Source: Fimbriimonadales bacterium
Lineage (GTDB): Bacteria; Armatimonadota; Fimbriimonadia; Fimbriimonadales; ATM1
Reading direction: 5' to 3'
NCBI GenBank assembly: GCA_041744215.1
Contig: JBGTLG010000014.1
Span: 1 to 29,300 of the forward strand
Length of the DNA stretch: 29,300 nt
Made by a program: the position numbers and the translations under genes. Of the stretch, positions 10,630 through 19,264 are shown piece after piece (the stretch's first letter is position 1; each line of letters starts with the position of its first letter). Under the pieces are notes generated by a model that did no database searches, was not told where the DNA came from, and saw nothing but the letters and a program-made list of their open reading frames with translations.

Positions 10630-10823
10630 GGCTACCGGGCAACCTCGCCAACATTTTACGAGCCGTGAACCTGGACCTCGCACCTTCAGGGGGTATCCTA
10701 ACCGTCGTATGCTTACGTTGCATCGCAGCGTTCCGGTCATGAGAAGGGCTACGGGCACCTGGTTCTACCACTCGCACCACTTAGTGATGCGGCGTAGACG
10801 TGGCGCAAATCTGCCCGGTGGCC
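10630..10823 (+). ncRNA. ssrS: Rod-shaped structured RNA of about 194 nt, probable 6S RNA
   Basis: The ends pair over 12 bp (GGCUACCGGGCA 10630-41 with UGCCCGGUGGCC 10812-23), then CGCCA/UGGCG and UUACG-CCGU/GCGG-CGUAG. An apical hairpin ACGUUGC/GCAGCGU at 10715-31 sits near the midpoint. G-U pairs work only on the + strand. Length and shape fit 6S. Not confirmed by a covariance model. Confidence 0.6.
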
Positions 10824-10882
10824 TGGCTCTGTGATGCCGGGCCTTCTTGCTTAAGGGGGCCTGAAAGCGAGAGGTTGAGCTA

Positions 10883-11413
10883 ATGGCGCAACACGACGTG
10901 CTGCTGTTGAATAACAACTACGAACCGCTGAATGTCTGTACCTTGCTTCGAGCGGTGACCTTGCTCACGCGTGGAAAAGCCGAGATCCTTCACCACAACG
11001 GATACACCATCCGGACCGGCAGCGGCGAACTTCGCGCTCCGTCGGTTCTTCGCCTCAGATACCATGTCCGGCGGCCGTTGCCGGAGCTCAGGATGAGCAA
11101 GCACTCGGTGCTCGCCCGCGATAACTACCTGTGCCAGTACTGCGGATCGCATGGGCGCGAGCTGACGCTCGATCACGTCGTCCCTCGGTGGATGGGTGGC
11201 CCCCATACTTGGGACAACGTCGTCGCTTGCTGTCGGCGCTGCAATCTGAAGAAGGGCGACAAAACGCCGGATCAGGCGCGCATGAAGCTAAGGAAGCAGC
11301 CGCGCAGGCCGAAGTACGTGCCATTCATTTCGCTGCCCAACTATCTTAGGGCGCGGGCAAACGAAGAGTGGATGCAGTATCTGCCGGTGTTCGAGATTGG
11401 CAGGGCGGATTAG
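10883..11413 (+). CDS. HNH endonuclease (McrA-like, zinc-binding)
   Basis: CQYCG...LTLDHVVPR..GG..TWDNVVACCRRCNLKKG and N-terminal LLLNNNYEPLNVC. GAGG RBS upstream. Confidence 0.92.
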   Translation: MAQHDVLLLNNNYEPLNVCTLLRAVTLLTRGKAEILHHNGYTIRTGSGELRAPSVLRLRYHVRRPLPELRMSKHSVLARDNYLCQYCGSHGRELTLDHVVPRWMGGPHTWDNVVACCRRCNLKKGDKTPDQARMKLRKQPRRPKYVPFISLPNYLRARANEEWMQYLPVFEIGRAD

Positions 11414-11420
11414 CTAGTAA

Positions 11421-12338
11421 TCAGAACACGACTCTAAGGCCGTTCTTCCCCTCCGCTTGTGCGCCGACAGGGCCCTTGCCGCTGAACAAGACCTGAAATT
11501 TTGGAGGGTCCGCTAACTCTGGCGGCGGCTGTCCCTGACGTGTCAACTGTTCGCATAACAATCGGTGTCGCTCTATGAGCAGAGATACGGTGGGTGTACC
11601 TGGTTCGGCGTCTAGCAGTACCTCCAACTCCCAGTTCATGAACAACTTTTCGAGGTTTTCGGGTCCAACACGATCCAGGACTTGAAGTTCTAGTTCAGCG
11701 CTGTTCGTCATTCTATCCGCACGTGGTGAATGTTGTGCGATCCATTCCGCCTGAATCTTACGCTTCTCAAGAATGCGCTTTCCGTCCGGCGTCACGCTGT
11801 AACCGAGGTCCGACCTCGCAATTCGGGCACCCAACAGCCACTCCAACCCGCCGATCGCGTCATCCAGCTTCGGGAACGCTCCGAAAAGCAGGAACCTGGA
11901 ACCGGTAAAACACGGGGCCACCAATCCAAGCTTGATCTTCATACGCTGTGAAAAATCTGACAGAGTCACGCTCTCGCCTCTAGCCAGCTGAAATGCTATC
12001 GCATCGGATGCGACTACCGCCCACTCGCCGACCGGGGGCTTGAACTGGCGGCTCCATATTAGAAGGTTGTCGAAGTCCCGTAAGTCCGGTCGCACTCGCT
12101 GTGGAGTCAACGCAAGCCACTCTTCGGTAAGCTCATAGTCATAGCCAGCTTGCGTTACAGTCTTCTCGATTCTCTCATCAAGCGGCAGGTCGGGATCAAC
12201 CGCCGTTCGTACGACACGATCTTCGCCAAACCACTCAATGAGCACGGGTCGCTCGGCGAGCGAACAGAGGTACTCGCCGAACGACCACGGCGTCATTGAT
12301 TGCGAAAAAACCGCTGCTGCAATTGTTGCAATCACCAT
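11421..12338 (-). CDS. Hypothetical exported protein
   Basis: 305-aa ORF with a short hydrophobic N-terminus (MVIATIAAAVFSQ). No recognisable family. Confidence 0.7.
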   Translation of the reverse strand: MVIATIAAAVFSQSMTPWSFGEYLCSLAERPVLIEWFGEDRVVRTAVDPDLPLDERIEKTVTQAGYDYELTEEWLALTPQRVRPDLRDFDNLLIWSRQFKPPVGEWAVVASDAIAFQLARGESVTLSDFSQRMKIKLGLVAPCFTGSRFLLFGAFPKLDDAIGGLEWLLGARIARSDLGYSVTPDGKRILEKRKIQAEWIAQHSPRADRMTNSAELELQVLDRVGPENLEKLFMNWELEVLLDAEPGTPTVSLLIERHRLLCEQLTRQGQPPPELADPPKFQVLFSGKGPVGAQAEGKNGLRVVF

Positions 12339-12690
12339 AGCTACTATTCTTCATCTCCAGGCGGATCGCCAGCGCCAGGCAGAGGTCTGATCACGACCGT
12401 CTGCGAGAACTGGGCGTAACCATCCCGGTAGGCTCCGTCCGCTTAACTCGTTACGAGGTAGTCGTCGTCATCGTAGACGGTACCTGTTTTCCGTTGAGCC
12501 TGCTTGAAGTGAGGCCCGTACTTGCTTTCTCGAAGTCTGACCGCGAATCCAGGTGCTCCAAGCCACAGTCGGGCCGAAGTTTCCGACGTGTAATGCCCCT
12601 TTCTAGCAAGCCATGATTTACGATGGCCGACAAGCGTCTACTTTTCAATCCAGGAGCGCGATGAACTAGTTTTCGGAAGGGAAATGCTGG

Positions 12691-13200
12691 CTAATTCATC
12701 CGCTTCTTGAGTTCTTCTTCTTCAGCTGCGGCGATCTCTTCGGCAGTGCGTCTTCGAGGAGACTCAGGAATCGTTGCATCGTCATAGAGCGCGCCCTGGA
12801 CAACTGACGTGCCGTCATAATCGTCGTCCTCGTCTTCGTCCATCCGCTTCGTTGCTGGCTTGGGAGCCGGTGGCCCCTTTTCCAAGTCCTTTGCTCCGAC
12901 CAATACAACGTAGTTTGCGTCGAATCGCTTCTCTTCAGCGGACAGCTTTCTGCGCTGCTCGTCACTAAGCGAATCGAGGAACTTTGCGCGCATTCGTTTA
13001 ACCGCTTCTTTGTGAACATCCGCGAGCACAGGATCGAACGCTTCGGGATCCACCTTCACGGCTATCTCGTCGCCATAAGCGTTGGTGACTGTGCCGGTTA
13101 ATCCTGCCATATGCCCGTAATACAAACCTGACAGGTGGTCGTCGCCGTGAACCTCTCGTTCGACCACTTTGACACGGTCGCCCGCCTTCCATTTAGCCAT
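12691..13200 (-). CDS. Hypothetical protein with an N-terminal SH3/KOW-like barrel and acidic tail
   Basis: WKAGDRVKVV...GLTGTV...EIAVKVD pattern. Last gene of the co-oriented purM-fabI-formiminotransferase run. Confidence 0.75.
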   Translation of the reverse strand: MAKWKAGDRVKVVEREVHGDDHLSGLYYGHMAGLTGTVTNAYGDEIAVKVDPEAFDPVLADVHKEAVKRMRAKFLDSLSDEQRRKLSAEEKRFDANYVVLVGAKDLEKGPPAPKPATKRMDEDEDDDYDGTSVVQGALYDDATIPESPRRRTAEEIAAAEEEELKKRMN

Positions 13201-13224
13201 GCTGTGATTCTACTTGATGGCACG

Positions 13225-14073
13225 TTACGCTTGCAGAATCTGCTCCGGCTTTGGGTCGAGTTGAGTTGCGCCGGGCAGGTCGCGCTGACGGATGACCCCA
13301 ATCAATTCAGTCGCCACCACCGGTGCGCCCTCTCCCTTAACCCATTCGAGAATTCGATCGAATGTGGTGTCGTCGGGCCGCGTCAGATTCATCGAAATCT
13401 GACTGCGGTTTCGTGAGGGCAAGGGAAGACCGAGGGCGCGAACTCCCTGGAACCGCGGATCAGAACTCCTCAATTCTCGAATGCGTTTCGCAAGTTGCTT
13501 CGCTTGGTGTGGGTCCGGGTCGGAGAGCTCGATGTTTACCGCGAGCAGCCAATCGCGAACGCCCATCACAGTTGCGCCGAGCCACGGATTAACGTCAGGT
13601 GTTCCGCAGTCTGGATCGAGAGTTCGACCGACCAGCCCCTCATATTGTCCCTTCCTAAGCGCAGGAAGATCTCTCGCGTGTTTTCCAGTTTCGCTCTTTT
13701 CGTAAAAGAAGATCGGAAGCTTGTACTTTGCTGCAATCTGCTCGGCAATTCGCGCTGCCCAGTCAAGTAGGTGATCGAGGTCTTCGGATTCCTTGAGAAT
13801 AATGAACGGGCAAACGTCGAGCGCGCCGATCCTTGGATGAACGCCTTGATGCTTTCGCATATCGATTGCGTCAAACGCGGCACTGGTAACAGCGAGCAGA
13901 GTTTTTCTTACATCGTCCGGATCACCCGAAAATGCGGTAACAATGCGATTGTGGTCGGGATCCGCTCCATCAAAGTGAACGTCGCAGTTTCCGCCGTGCA
14001 ATGCCCAGCGGATATCCCCAAGAGTGACCTCGTTCCGACCTTCTGACCAATTGGCAACGCAAAGTATGGGCAT
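13225..14073 (-). CDS. ftcD: Glutamate formiminotransferase
   Basis: CVANWSEGR, DPDHNRIV, IDMRKHQGVHPRIGALDVCPF, LRKGQYEGL, GATVMGVR, QISMNL. Confidence 0.9.
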   Translation of the reverse strand: MPILCVANWSEGRNEVTLGDIRWALHGGNCDVHFDGADPDHNRIVTAFSGDPDDVRKTLLAVTSAAFDAIDMRKHQGVHPRIGALDVCPFIILKESEDLDHLLDWAARIAEQIAAKYKLPIFFYEKSETGKHARDLPALRKGQYEGLVGRTLDPDCGTPDVNPWLGATVMGVRDWLLAVNIELSDPDPHQAKQLAKRIRELRSSDPRFQGVRALGLPLPSRNRSQISMNLTRPDDTTFDRILEWVKGEGAPVVATELIGVIRQRDLPGATQLDPKPEQILQA

Positions 14074-14096
14074 GGCGATACGCTATTCGACAGCGA

Positions 14097-14864
14097 TCAG
14101 AAACCCATGATCGAGTATCCGGAATCGACGTAGATTGTTTGCCCAGAAACGCCTTTGCTCAAGTCGCTGAGTAGCCAAACGGATGTCGTAGCGACCTCGT
14201 TCTGCTCTGCAGGTCTCTTAAGCGGAGCCCTTTCGCCGATGATGTCGAGGATCTGTGAGAAACCTTTGACGCCTCGTGCGGCGACCGTGTTAATCGGACC
14301 AGGAGAAACCGCATTGACGCGAATCCCTCGGTCCCCCAGATCATGAGCGAGATAGCGCGCACATGCTTCGAGCGCAGCCTTTGCGACACCCATTACGTTG
14401 TAACCAGGCAATACTCTTTGACTCCCGAGATACGTCATGGTAATGAGGCTCGCATCGTCTGCAAGCACGGGCTCCAGACCCCTCGCCATTGCGACGAACG
14501 TGTACGCAGATGTTTCGAGCGCAACTTTGAAACCTTCGCGACTCGTATCGATGAACTTGCCCGCAAGATCTTCTCGCAGCGCATAGGCGACGGAGTGCAC
14601 GGCGAAGTCGATCTTGCCGTGCGATTCCCCTATCTGATCGCGCACCGCTTCAATCTGTGAGTCTTCGTTGAGGTCGCACTGAACAAGCGAGAACTCATCG
14701 CGTCCATCGACCAGCTTCTGCGCTGATTCCATCATCCGCTCGTTTTGCGCGCCTACCACGACACTCGCGCCGTGCTGTGCCGCAACGTCGGCGACCGCCC
14801 ACGCTATGCTGCGCTGATTGGCAACGCCGAAGACGATTCCTTTCTTTCCATTGAGAAGCTTCAT
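14097..14864 (-). CDS. fabI: Enoyl-ACP reductase (NADH)
   Basis: GVANQRSIAWA, HSVAYA, YNVMGVAKAALE, RVNAVSPGPINT. Confidence 0.96.
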   Translation of the reverse strand: MKLLNGKKGIVFGVANQRSIAWAVADVAAQHGASVVVGAQNERMMESAQKLVDGRDEFSLVQCDLNEDSQIEAVRDQIGESHGKIDFAVHSVAYALREDLAGKFIDTSREGFKVALETSAYTFVAMARGLEPVLADDASLITMTYLGSQRVLPGYNVMGVAKAALEACARYLAHDLGDRGIRVNAVSPGPINTVAARGVKGFSQILDIIGERAPLKRPAEQNEVATTSVWLLSDLSKGVSGQTIYVDSGYSIMGF

Positions 14865-14888
14865 GTTGTTTGCCTGATTACTGAATTG

Positions 14889-15920
14889 CTACATGATGTT
14901 GACGCCACGCGCGCCTTTCGTGATTTCGCCGATGATCCACGCTCGTTCGCCAGTTTCCACAAGATGATCGACAACAGCTTGCGCGTTCTCACTCGCGAGA
15001 ATGACGACCATGCCAACGCCCATGTTGAATGCGCGGTACATCTCATCATCCCCGATGCTGCCATCTGATTGAATCAATTGAAAGATGGTGGGCACAGGCC
15101 ACGTGTTGCGTTCGATAACTGCTCGGCTCTCCGCGCCCAGAATCCTTGGAATGTTCTCTACGAAGCCCCCGCCCGTGATATGCGCCAACCCCTTGACAGC
15201 GCTGAGAATCGGAAACAGCGGCTGGAGGTAACTGCGATGCGGTGTCAAGAGCGCGTCCGCCAAAGTCTGTTCGGAGTCGGGCATCGGATTGTCAATGCTT
15301 CGTCCGCCTCGCTCGAAGAGCGCTTTCCGAGCGAGAGAGAATCCGTTGGTGTGCAGTCCGTTGCTCCCTATCCCTAAGATTAGGTCGCCGTTGCCGATAT
15401 CGCCACGCGGCAAAAGGTCGCTCCGATCAACCACGCCGACGATCGTTCCGACCAAATCGAGTTCGCCCTCAACATAAACGCCCGGCATTTCCGCTGTCTC
15501 GCCACCAATCAGCGCGCATTCCACCGCACGGCACGCCTCGGCGCAGCCTTCGACGACGTCCGCGACCATTTCCGCAGAGATTCGTGAGGAAGCGAAGTAG
15601 TCGAGAAAGAAAAGCGGGCGCGCACCTTGAACGAGAATGTCATTGACGCAATGGTTAACAATATCGTGCCCAAGCCCGCGATACTTTCCAGCCATAGCGG
15701 CAACTTTCGTTTTCGTTCCAACTCCGTCGATGCTCGAAACCAGAATGGGATCGGCCAGATTCGGAAACGACGCCGAAAACAATCCACCAAACGCTCCGAT
15801 GTCGCCGAGGACTGACGGTGTGAATGTCGAGCGGACCGCTTCCTTGAAGGCGCGAAGCGCTCGGTTAGATTCGCCAATGTCGACTCCAGCGGTTTGGTAT
15901 GAGAGCCCTTGGTCGGACAT
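14889..15920 (-). CDS. purM: Phosphoribosylformylglycinamidine cyclo-ligase (AIR synthetase)
   Basis: SYQTAGVDI, DGVGTK, GGETAEMPG, SNGLHTNGFSL, HITGGG, FNMGVGM. Start placed at ATG 15920 (MSDQGLSY) rather than the ORF-track start at 16178. Confidence 0.96.
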   Translation of the reverse strand: MSDQGLSYQTAGVDIGESNRALRAFKEAVRSTFTPSVLGDIGAFGGLFSASFPNLADPILVSSIDGVGTKTKVAAMAGKYRGLGHDIVNHCVNDILVQGARPLFFLDYFASSRISAEMVADVVEGCAEACRAVECALIGGETAEMPGVYVEGELDLVGTIVGVVDRSDLLPRGDIGNGDLILGIGSNGLHTNGFSLARKALFERGGRSIDNPMPDSEQTLADALLTPHRSYLQPLFPILSAVKGLAHITGGGFVENIPRILGAESRAVIERNTWPVPTIFQLIQSDGSIGDDEMYRAFNMGVGMVVILASENAQAVVDHLVETGERAWIIGEITKGARGVNIM

Positions 15921-16107
15921 ACCTGCGGAGCGTACCCGCCCCGCGCGCCGGCGTACCTCCAGACATAACTTTCGAATCGTCAGTGCAGGTATCTTTGCAG
16001 GCACCGGCGGAAAGGTCGGTACCGAGCCCAGAGGGATTGGTGGCGTTTCTTGCCAATGCGAGACCCCGTCTTCTTCGCCATCTTGACTCTCTCTGTAGGA
16101 GGATAAC

Positions 16108-18054
16108 GTGAAAGTGAGACAACAATGTCGTATCGGTGGCTTCGTTGCCGCCCTGACCCTCTGCCTCGGCCTTGCCATCCCGCTCTTCGCTCAGCGGACC
16201 GCAGTCGCCCCGAGGCTCACCCAGCTCCCACCCCAGTACGTGGCCAGGCACGGTTTGACCTCCGCTCAGTACCAAACAACTTTTACCCAGTTGGCAGGAC
16301 AGGGTTATCGCCTCAAGTCTGTCACTGGGTACGTCAGCAACGGCTTGCGCTTCGCCGGATTGTGGGAAAAGACCACTGGGCCGGAATACATCGCCAGACA
16401 CAACTTGACTGCCGCCCAATATCAAACGGAGTTCAACACTCACACTGCTGCTGGGTTTCGATTGACCTACATCAATGGATATGAAGTCAACGGCAACGAC
16501 CACTACGCGGCGATCTGGGTAAAGACCGGGGGTCCGGCTTGGACGGCGCGCCACGCTATGACAGCCGCCCAGTATCAAACTGCATTCAACGACTTAACTC
16601 AGCAAGGGTATCGCATGATTCACGTCTCTGGCTACACAAGAGGCGGGTCAGTTCGGTACGCAGCCATCTACGACAAATCAACTGGACCGCAGTGGGTAGC
16701 GCGGCACGGCCTAACTGCCGCTCAGTATCAAACGGCGTTCACACAGTATGCGAATCAAGGATATCGGCTCAAGTCGATCAGCGGATACCGCGTCGGAAAC
16801 GCCGACAACTATGCTGCGATCTGGGATAAGTCAGCCGGACCTGTGACATCCGCGCGTCACGGCATACCGCAAGCGTGGTACCAGAACGTGTTCGACAATC
16901 ATCACTATCAGGGGTATAGACCTGTCTTCCTTGGCGCGTTCACATCAGGCAATACGGCACGATTCAATGGGATCTGGGAAAACTCGAACATCAGCGCTGC
17001 GAATCTGAAGAAGATTTCTGACAAAGCGAACGCATACATTTCAACGCACGGCGTTCCTGGGCTGTCTTTCGCCATCACCAAGGACGGCAGGCTCGTCTAT
17101 GCTGCGGGGTTTGGCAAAGCCAACACCTCGACAGGAGAAGAAGTTGGACCGCTCAACCTATTCCGCGTTGCGAGCGTCTCAAAGCCGATCACGGCCGTTG
17201 CAATCATGCGGCTCGTCGAAACAAATCGATTGACACTTAACGACCGTGTGTTCGGCCCGAACAGCATCCTTGGGCCTGTCTTTGCTACGCCGTCTGGCAA
17301 CACGCAAATCAACAACATCACTGTTCGCCACTTGCTTCAACACACCTCGGGATTCACCACGTCGCCTAACGATCCGATGTTCCAAAACACCAGCATGACG
17401 CACGCCCAACTCATCAACTGGGTTCTCGGCGCAAGTGACCGTCGCGTAACAAGGGCGCCAGGTTCTCGTTATGAGTATTCAAACTTTGGGTACTGCATAC
17501 TGGGTCGCGTCATCGAAAGGCGAAGCGGACAAACCTACGAACAATTTGTTCGGCAGAGTGTCCTCGCGCCGACTGGTGTGACTGAGATGTTTGTCGCACA
17601 GAACGCGGCTGCGCAAAAGCGACCGCGAGAGGTCACCTACTATCCTGCTTCCGCATACAACCTGAACGTGCGGCGTTTCGATGCGCACGGCGGTTGGATT
17701 GCGTCGGCTGTCGACCTCGTGCGTTTCCTTGTTCGTGTTGATGGGCAGGCGACAAAGCCCGACATCATCACTGGAAACTCGTTCACAACGATGACCACGC
17801 CAGCAAACATCAATGATGCCAACAACAACAACCCAAACTACGGTCTGGGCTGGGCAGGCGGAACGACGACTCCAAACCACAATGGCGCAATGACTGGCAC
17901 AATCGCGATCATGTCCGTTCGCACAAATGGCTACACGTTCGCCGCGCTGGTGAACATGCGGCCGGGTAGCGACGGCGGCGCAGGCGCTCTCTCGCAAATG
18001 GTCAGAGACATCATCACAGAGATCGGCACGTGGCCATCGTACGATCTCTTCTAA
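16108..18054 (+). CDS. Secreted serine hydrolase (beta-lactamase/PBP class C fold) with five N-terminal ~52-aa tandem repeats (BTRD1 / polyglycine-hydrolase-like repeats)
   Basis: AGGAGG RBS and a signal peptide. Repeats read 'W/Y.ARHGLT.AQYQT.F......GYR....SGY.......YAAIW.K'. Catalytic SVSK, YSN and HNG motifs, plus LLQHTSG. Confidence 0.9.
   Translation: MKVRQQCRIGGFVAALTLCLGLAIPLFAQRTAVAPRLTQLPPQYVARHGLTSAQYQTTFTQLAGQGYRLKSVTGYVSNGLRFAGLWEKTTGPEYIARHNLTAAQYQTEFNTHTAAGFRLTYINGYEVNGNDHYAAIWVKTGGPAWTARHAMTAAQYQTAFNDLTQQGYRMIHVSGYTRGGSVRYAAIYDKSTGPQWVARHGLTAAQYQTAFTQYANQGYRLKSISGYRVGNADNYAAIWDKSAGPVTSARHGIPQAWYQNVFDNHHYQGYRPVFLGAFTSGNTARFNGIWENSNISAANLKKISDKANAYISTHGVPGLSFAITKDGRLVYAAGFGKANTSTGEEVGPLNLFRVASVSKPITAVAIMRLVETNRLTLNDRVFGPNSILGPVFATPSGNTQINNITVRHLLQHTSGFTTSPNDPMFQNTSMTHAQLINWVLGASDRRVTRAPGSRYEYSNFGYCILGRVIERRSGQTYEQFVRQSVLAPTGVTEMFVAQNAAAQKRPREVTYYPASAYNLNVRRFDAHGGWIASAVDLVRFLVRVDGQATKPDIITGNSFTTMTTPANINDANNNNPNYGLGWAGGTTTPNHNGAMTGTIAIMSVRTNGYTFAALVNMRPGSDGGAGALSQMVRDIITEIGTWPSYDLF
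16234..16983 (+). repeat. Five intragenic tandem repeats (~155 bp each) encoding the repeat domain
   Basis: Recurrent CAGTAYCAAAC-like and GCGATCTGGG segments. Protein repeats are visible in translation. Confidence 0.85.
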
Positions 18055-18064
18055 ACAGCGGAAC

Positions 18065-18105
18065 AACGCCCCCACGCTCTGCCTCCTAGGCGGCGTGGGG
18101 GCGTT
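18065..18105 (+). terminator. Probable terminator hairpin
   Basis: AACGCCCCCACGC...GCGTGGGGGCGTT 13-bp inverted repeat 10 nt after the stop codon. Short T-tract. Confidence 0.65.
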
Positions 18106-18214
18106 TCCCTTGACCCTGATCCAAGGCATTAACTGACTCAGAAAGCCTACTTTCGCACAAACTGTTGGCAACCTAACGCGTTCTAAACTCGCTTAAGGAC
18201 TAGGGCAACGAGCC

Positions 18215-19111
18215 ATGAGAGTTCAAACGCGCCACTCGTACTACCGCAGCGTCCTACAGATCGTGGAGCGGATCACCGCGTCACGCACTGGCATCGAGCA
18301 CGTAGGCCGGATTGCCGAAGCCGCAGGGTTCTCGCGGTTTCATCTGACCCGCGTCTTCAAGGAAGTTCTCGGCGAGGAGATGTCAGAGTTCATCCGACGA
18401 ATCAGGTTAGAGCGGGCTGCCTACCAGATACTGCACAGTCGTCGAGGAATCGGGCAGATAGCAAAGTCTTCTGGTTACAGCGGACCTGAAGCATTCGGTA
18501 GGGCGTTCCGAAAGGCCTTCGGCATGACCGCAACTCAGTTGCGCGAGACAGCAGCCTCCTGGACTATCCCCGCACCCTCGTTGGTCCACTGGAACCCAAA
18601 CTCAGAGCGAGTTGCGCTCATGAGCCCCGAAGGGGAATTCTCGGTGTCGATCCAGTCGATCCTGCCGCAGCGCTTCGCGGTAGTCAGGCACGTGGGACCT
18701 TACATGGAAAGGCTGACCACCCTGGACCGATTCCGGCGGTCGTGCCCCGGTCGCGTCTGGAAAGACTCGACCTCGAAGTTTGCGGCAATTCTCCACGACC
18801 CTGTGGGCTCCGCGAAATGCGAATCGTTTCGTGCCGACGTCGGCTTTGCGTTGGCTCCAGAAGAACCGCCTCCCCCGCGATCGCGCTTGCTTGAAATTCC
18901 AGCTGGGACATTCGCGGTCTCACCTCTTGTCGACGCAGAGAGTTTCGGTAGTGCGTGGTGCAGCATCGTCTCCGCTTGGATTCCCAGTAATGGCCGACGT
19001 CCCGCTAACATTCCCGCGATAGAGATCTACGAGGGATATCCGCTCCCGTGGAATGCGATGAGGTGCCGGATTCACCTTGGGCTTGACATGGATCTTGGGG
19101 CAATCGACTAG
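18215..19111 (+). CDS. AraC-family transcriptional regulator with GyrI-like effector-binding domain
   Basis: N-terminal AraC HTH (IAEAAGFSRFHLTRVFK...RIRLERAA...SGYSGPEAFGRAFRKAFGMT). C-terminal GyrI-like part (RHVGPY, IPAGTFA, EIY). Confidence 0.9.
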   Translation: MRVQTRHSYYRSVLQIVERITASRTGIEHVGRIAEAAGFSRFHLTRVFKEVLGEEMSEFIRRIRLERAAYQILHSRRGIGQIAKSSGYSGPEAFGRAFRKAFGMTATQLRETAASWTIPAPSLVHWNPNSERVALMSPEGEFSVSIQSILPQRFAVVRHVGPYMERLTTLDRFRRSCPGRVWKDSTSKFAAILHDPVGSAKCESFRADVGFALAPEEPPPPRSRLLEIPAGTFAVSPLVDAESFGSAWCSIVSAWIPSNGRRPANIPAIEIYEGYPLPWNAMRCRIHLGLDMDLGAID

Positions 19112-19162
19112 ACGCTGCGACCTAAGCGCCGTCCATTTCGTCGGTACCCTGAAGGTGCCGAT

Positions 19163-19264
19163 TTGAGCAATCCAGCTTTCTATCTTGCGATGGTCGTCTT
19201 GCCAATCGCGATCATCGCGGTCGCATTCATCCTCTACTTCATAACTGGGAGAAAGCGGGGGTGA
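19163..19264 (+). CDS. Putative small membrane subunit/partner of the SSS symporter (33 aa), not in the ORF track
   Basis: TTG start preceded by GAAGGTG. MSNPAFYLAMVVLPIAIIAVAFILYFITGRKRG*. The stop overlaps the symporter start (GTGA, 19261-19264). Alternative ATG start at 19190. Confidence 0.7.
   Translation: MSNPAFYLAMVVLPIAIIAVAFILYFITGRKRG

Noticed and set aside
10883-11413. IscB/Cas9-like RNA-guided nuclease
   Set aside because: The protein is only 176 aa, with no RuvC segments, PLMP motif or bridge helix. It matches the widespread stand-alone HNH family.
15921-16178. 86-aa N-terminal extension of PurM in the ORF track
   Set aside because: It overlaps the divergent hydrolase gene start. 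PurM homology begins at MSDQGLSY (15920).
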